The translations under genes and the position numbers were made by a program. Under the pieces are notes generated by a model. The model worked only from the letters and a program-made list of their open reading frames with translations. It did no database searches and was not told the DNA's origin. From assembly GCA_036490825.1 (NCBI GenBank), contig DASXDE010000097.1, positions 275-64,274 of the forward strand: a stretch of 64,000 nucleotides of DNA, written 5' to 3'. Source of the DNA: Gaiellaceae bacterium. Its GTDB lineage: Bacteria; Actinomycetota; Thermoleophilia; Gaiellales; Gaiellaceae. Positions 63,456 to 64,000 of the stretch are shown here, one piece after another. The stretch's first letter is position 1. Each line of letters opens with the position of its first letter.

Positions 63456-64000
63456 GTGCGCATCGACGTCTTCACCCTCGTTCCCCACGCCTATGCCTGG
63501 CTGACCGAGCAGCGTCCCGTGGCGAACGTCCTCGGCACGAGCCTCGAGCTGCGGCTCTTCAACTACCGCGACTGGACGCCGCTGCGCGGGGGCCAGGTCG
63601 ACGACGAGCCGTACGGCGGCGGGGCGGGAATGGTGCTCCGCGTCGACGTCGTCGCGGCCGCGCTCGAGGCCGCCTACGGCGCGGAGCGGCCCGGCCCGGT
63701 GATCGCGCTCACGCCGAAGGGCCGTCAGCTCACCCAGGCGGTCGTCGAGGAGCTCGCGGCGCTCCCTGCGCTCACCCTCCTCTCCGCCCGCTTCGAGGGC
63801 TTCGACGAGCGGATCGTCGAGCATCTGGCGACGGACGAGATCTCGGTGGGGCCGTACGTCCTCTCGAACGGCGACCTACCGGCCATGCTTCTCCTCGACG
63901 CCGTGGCGCGCCGGCTGCCCGGGGCGCTCGCCGAGGGGTCCGGCGAGCTCGAGAGCTTCTCCGAGGAGCTCGGCGGCGGCCTCGAGTACCCGCACTACAC
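63456..64000 (+). CDS. trmD: tRNA (guanine37-N1)-methyltransferase, 5' part (runs off the window)
   Basis: VRIDVFTLVP.., ..VDDEPYGGGAGMV.., ..RFEGFDERI.. and ..SVGPYVLSNGDLPAM... Confidence 0.9.
   Translation, partial: MRIDVFTLVPHAYAWLTEQRPVANVLGTSLELRLFNYRDWTPLRGGQVDDEPYGGGAGMVLRVDVVAAALEAAYGAERPGPVIALTPKGRQLTQAVVEELAALPALTLLSARFEGFDERIVEHLATDEISVGPYVLSNGDLPAMLLLDAVARRLPGALAEGSGELESFSEELGGGLEYPHY

Noticed and set aside
1-64000. tRNA, rRNA, SRP RNA, RNase P RNA or IS/transposase genes
   Set aside because: I scanned the few gaps over 60 bp (for example 17863-17994, 28257-28379, 47686-47746 and 53573-53793). I saw no cloverleaf-compatible or otherwise recognisable RNA gene, no terminal inverted repeats and no transposase-like ORF. 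A covariance-model scan would be needed to be certain.

Overview
High-GC (hand-sampled lines of the core region are over 70% G+C), gene-dense chromosomal segment with actinobacterial-type housekeeping synteny. The order is: a MoxR-DUF58 operon, dnaE, lgt, scpAB, rluB, trpS, DAHP synthase-aroA-cmk-plsC-der-gpsA-metK, a DtxR-family regulator with a ZIP transporter, priA, def-fmt-rsmB-rpe-ribD-ribE-ribBA-ribH, rpmB, Asp23/DAK2-recG-rsmD-coaD, yceD, rpmF-plsX-acpP-rnc-smc, two M29 aminopeptidases, and ftsY-ffh-rpsP-KH-rimM-trmD. I saw no rRNA, tRNA, CRISPR array, transposase or integrase. Most long alternate-frame and antisense ORFs in the track are high-GC shadow ORFs. Several track ORFs carry spurious N-terminal extensions, which I trimmed to starts that overlap the upstream stop (ATGA/GTGA). 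The unusual part is the first ~4.4 kb. It is visibly lower in G+C and consists of short, unrelated, often secreted or lipoprotein ORFs on both strands. Each ORF is separated from the next by a same-orientation ~38-nt direct repeat (consensus GGCCTGGGCCAGTGTTCCGGAATGACCCCTGAGCGRCG). There are nine clear copies and one possible degenerate copy. Two gene fragments abut one copy. The array stops exactly at the 3' end of the conserved MoxR operon. I read this as a cassette-like array around a putative recombination or insulation site that is not integron attC-like. No recombinase is visible inside the window. Secondary observations: rnc has no canonical start codon upstream of its catalytic signature. 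The Smc is unusually short (864 aa, roughly half-length arms). RibH carries a ~90-aa acidic N-terminal extension. A perfect 20-bp palindromic operator lies between the DtxR-family regulator and the ZIP transporter. Convergent gene pairs repeatedly share overlapping stop codons. Several genes are inserted into otherwise conserved gene strings.
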